Positions 62,805 to 64,000 of a stretch of 64,000 bases of DNA are shown here, piece by piece. The stretch's first letter is position 1. Every line of letters begins with the position of its first letter. The stretch is taken from contig JAGBZX010000018.1 of NCBI GenBank assembly GCA_017628025.1, positions 4,786 through 68,785 of the forward strand. The letters run 5' to 3'. Under the pieces are notes generated by a model. That model searched no databases and had not been told where the DNA came from. It saw only the letters and a list, made by a program, of their open reading frames with translations. The position numbers and the translations under genes were made by a program. Origin of the DNA: Kiritimatiellia bacterium (GTDB lineage Bacteria; Verrucomicrobiota; Kiritimatiellia; RFP12; UBA1067).

Positions 62805-63913
62805 CAGACGTCATCCTCCTCAACCATGTACCCATCGTCTGGGTGCCACCATACAAAGACTTTATCGTTCCATGTTATAGCTTCTTGGTCAAGCAAGAAT
62901 CTTGAATGCGGCTTAAGCGCAGAAATACGAACACCATTTGCATCAAGCCAATACTTAGTATAGACACCTTGATATACGATATCCTTTACCGTTGATGGGA
63001 AAACATTTATCGCGGCACCCTTTTCTGGAGGAGGAGGAGAAAGCGTAACACGAATCTTCTCGGGTCTAACAGAAAGACCAACCCTTTGCCCTGTGGCTAG
63101 ATTCTTATCGTTGAACGCTTTTATTTGGGCAAAACCATCTGTTTTTATAAAACAGTAATCTCCTTCAACGGAAACTATTTCGCCTGAAATAAAATTCGTG
63201 TCCCCAATAAATGACGCGACAAAACGAGAGGCTGGAGCTTCGTAAATCTTAGCAGGCCCATCTAGTTGCTCAATTTTCCCACGATTTATAACGGCAATTC
63301 TATCAGAAAGGCTCATCGCTTCGCCCTGATCATGCGTTACATACAGAAATGTAATGCCAACTTGATCGTGAATAGTATCAAGTTCAAGAAGCATATGCTG
63401 CCTAAGTTTTAAGTCAAGTGCAGCAAGTGGCTCATCTAAAAGTAAAACTTGAGGTCTATCAACGAGCGCTCGCGCAATTGCCACACGCTGCTTCTGCCCA
63501 CCAGAGAGCTGGCTTGGGTATTTCCAAGCCTGGTCGCTCATCTGAATCATTTCAAGAATCTCTTCTACTTTCTCCTCTATCTCCTTGCCATCCATATGGG
63601 CAAGTTTCAGTGAAAACGCGATATTATCCCATATCGTCATCGTAGGAAAAAGCGCGTAATTCTGGAACACAGTATGAACGCGGCGACGATTAGGAGGCAA
63701 GTCTGTAATATCTTTACCCTCGAGATATATGCGCCCTGAATCGGGGCGTTCGAACCCACCAAGCATACGCAATAACGTTGTTTTGCCGCATCCTGAAGGA
63801 CCTAACAACGAAAAGAATTCGCCGCGATTAACGGTCAGTGAAACGTCATTTACCGCAGTAAGCGCTCCGAAGCGCTTGGTAACATGGTCGAATACGAGAA
63901 AGTCGTCTTTCAA
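62804..63913 (-). CDS. potA: ABC transporter ATP-binding protein, spermidine/putrescine type (PotA-like)
   Basis: Contains Walker A GPSGCGKTT, LSGGQKQRVAIARAL, Walker B LLLDEP and a C-terminal TOBE-like domain. The start is TTG at 63913, preceded by an AAGGAG SD. Confidence 0.85.
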   Translation of the reverse strand: MKDDFLVFDHVTKRFGALTAVNDVSLTVNRGEFFSLLGPSGCGKTTLLRMLGGFERPDSGRIYLEGKDITDLPPNRRRVHTVFQNYALFPTMTIWDNIAFSLKLAHMDGKEIEEKVEEILEMIQMSDQAWKYPSQLSGGQKQRVAIARALVDRPQVLLLDEPLAALDLKLRQHMLLELDTIHDQVGITFLYVTHDQGEAMSLSDRIAVINRGKIEQLDGPAKIYEAPASRFVASFIGDTNFISGEIVSVEGDYCFIKTDGFAQIKAFNDKNLATGQRVGLSVRPEKIRVTLSPPPPEKGAAINVFPSTVKDIVYQGVYTKYWLDANGVRISALKPHSRFLLDQEAITWNDKVFVWWHPDDGYMVEEDDV

Positions 63914-64000
63914 CTTTACGCTCCTTTCCCGCGGCCTTTTGAAAATTCTAGCCGCGTTTTGGCTTTCGACAAACCAACCTTTACACTCTTTCCGAGTTTT

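Noticed and set aside
1-64000. CRISPR arrays, rRNA genes, and intact IS elements or prophage genes.
   Set aside because: I saw no regularly spaced short repeats, no rRNA-like sequence, and no intact transposase, integrase-att pairs or phage structural genes. Only the transposase fragment at 4123-4421 was found.

Overview
64-kb window from a diderm bacterium. Lipid-A genes lpxB and lpxI, an RND/OMF efflux system and a SecDF fusion support this. GC is moderate. Gene content hints at a PVC-type lineage (Lentisphaerota, Verrucomicrobiota or Kiritimatiellota): Tat-signal Gfo/Idh/MocA oxidoreductases, GntR-HTH regulators fused to LacI-type sugar-binding domains, a GH106-like hydrolase, and LamG/beta-helix giant proteins. 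That placement is inference only. All ~50 confident CDS and both tRNAs lie on the minus strand, and many are joined by ATGA stop/start overlaps. Most of the window is housekeeping: ligA, glgP, htpG, infA, pth, prs, a purF-like gene, secDF, nrdR, a YebC-family gene, potABC and an ABC-F ATPase. There are two accessory patches. Patch 1 (4.0-9.3 kb) holds a transposase remnant and a 1578-aa secreted LamG/beta-helix protein. Patch 2 (23.7-31.9 kb) holds three tandem paralogs encoding secreted proteins with an extremely glycine-rich domain, followed by 700 nt of repeat-rich non-coding DNA and xerD. The main finding is that all four accessory surface-protein genes carry the same promoter layout. A consensus TTGACA -35 box is separated from an extended -10 box by a pure G homopolymer: G11, G10, G10 and CCA+G9, giving spacers of 18, 17, 17 and 19 nt. 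These are the only long G/C homopolymers I could find in the window. All four proteins also end in the same short C-terminal motif, G-[FL]-x-[LV]-[MI]-[VI]-R-COOH, which matches no sorting signal I know. I read this as a candidate slipped-strand phase-variable surface-protein system with a shared, undescribed C-terminal tag. A 45-aa rubredoxin gene missing from the ORF track sits next to a flavodiiron protein gene.
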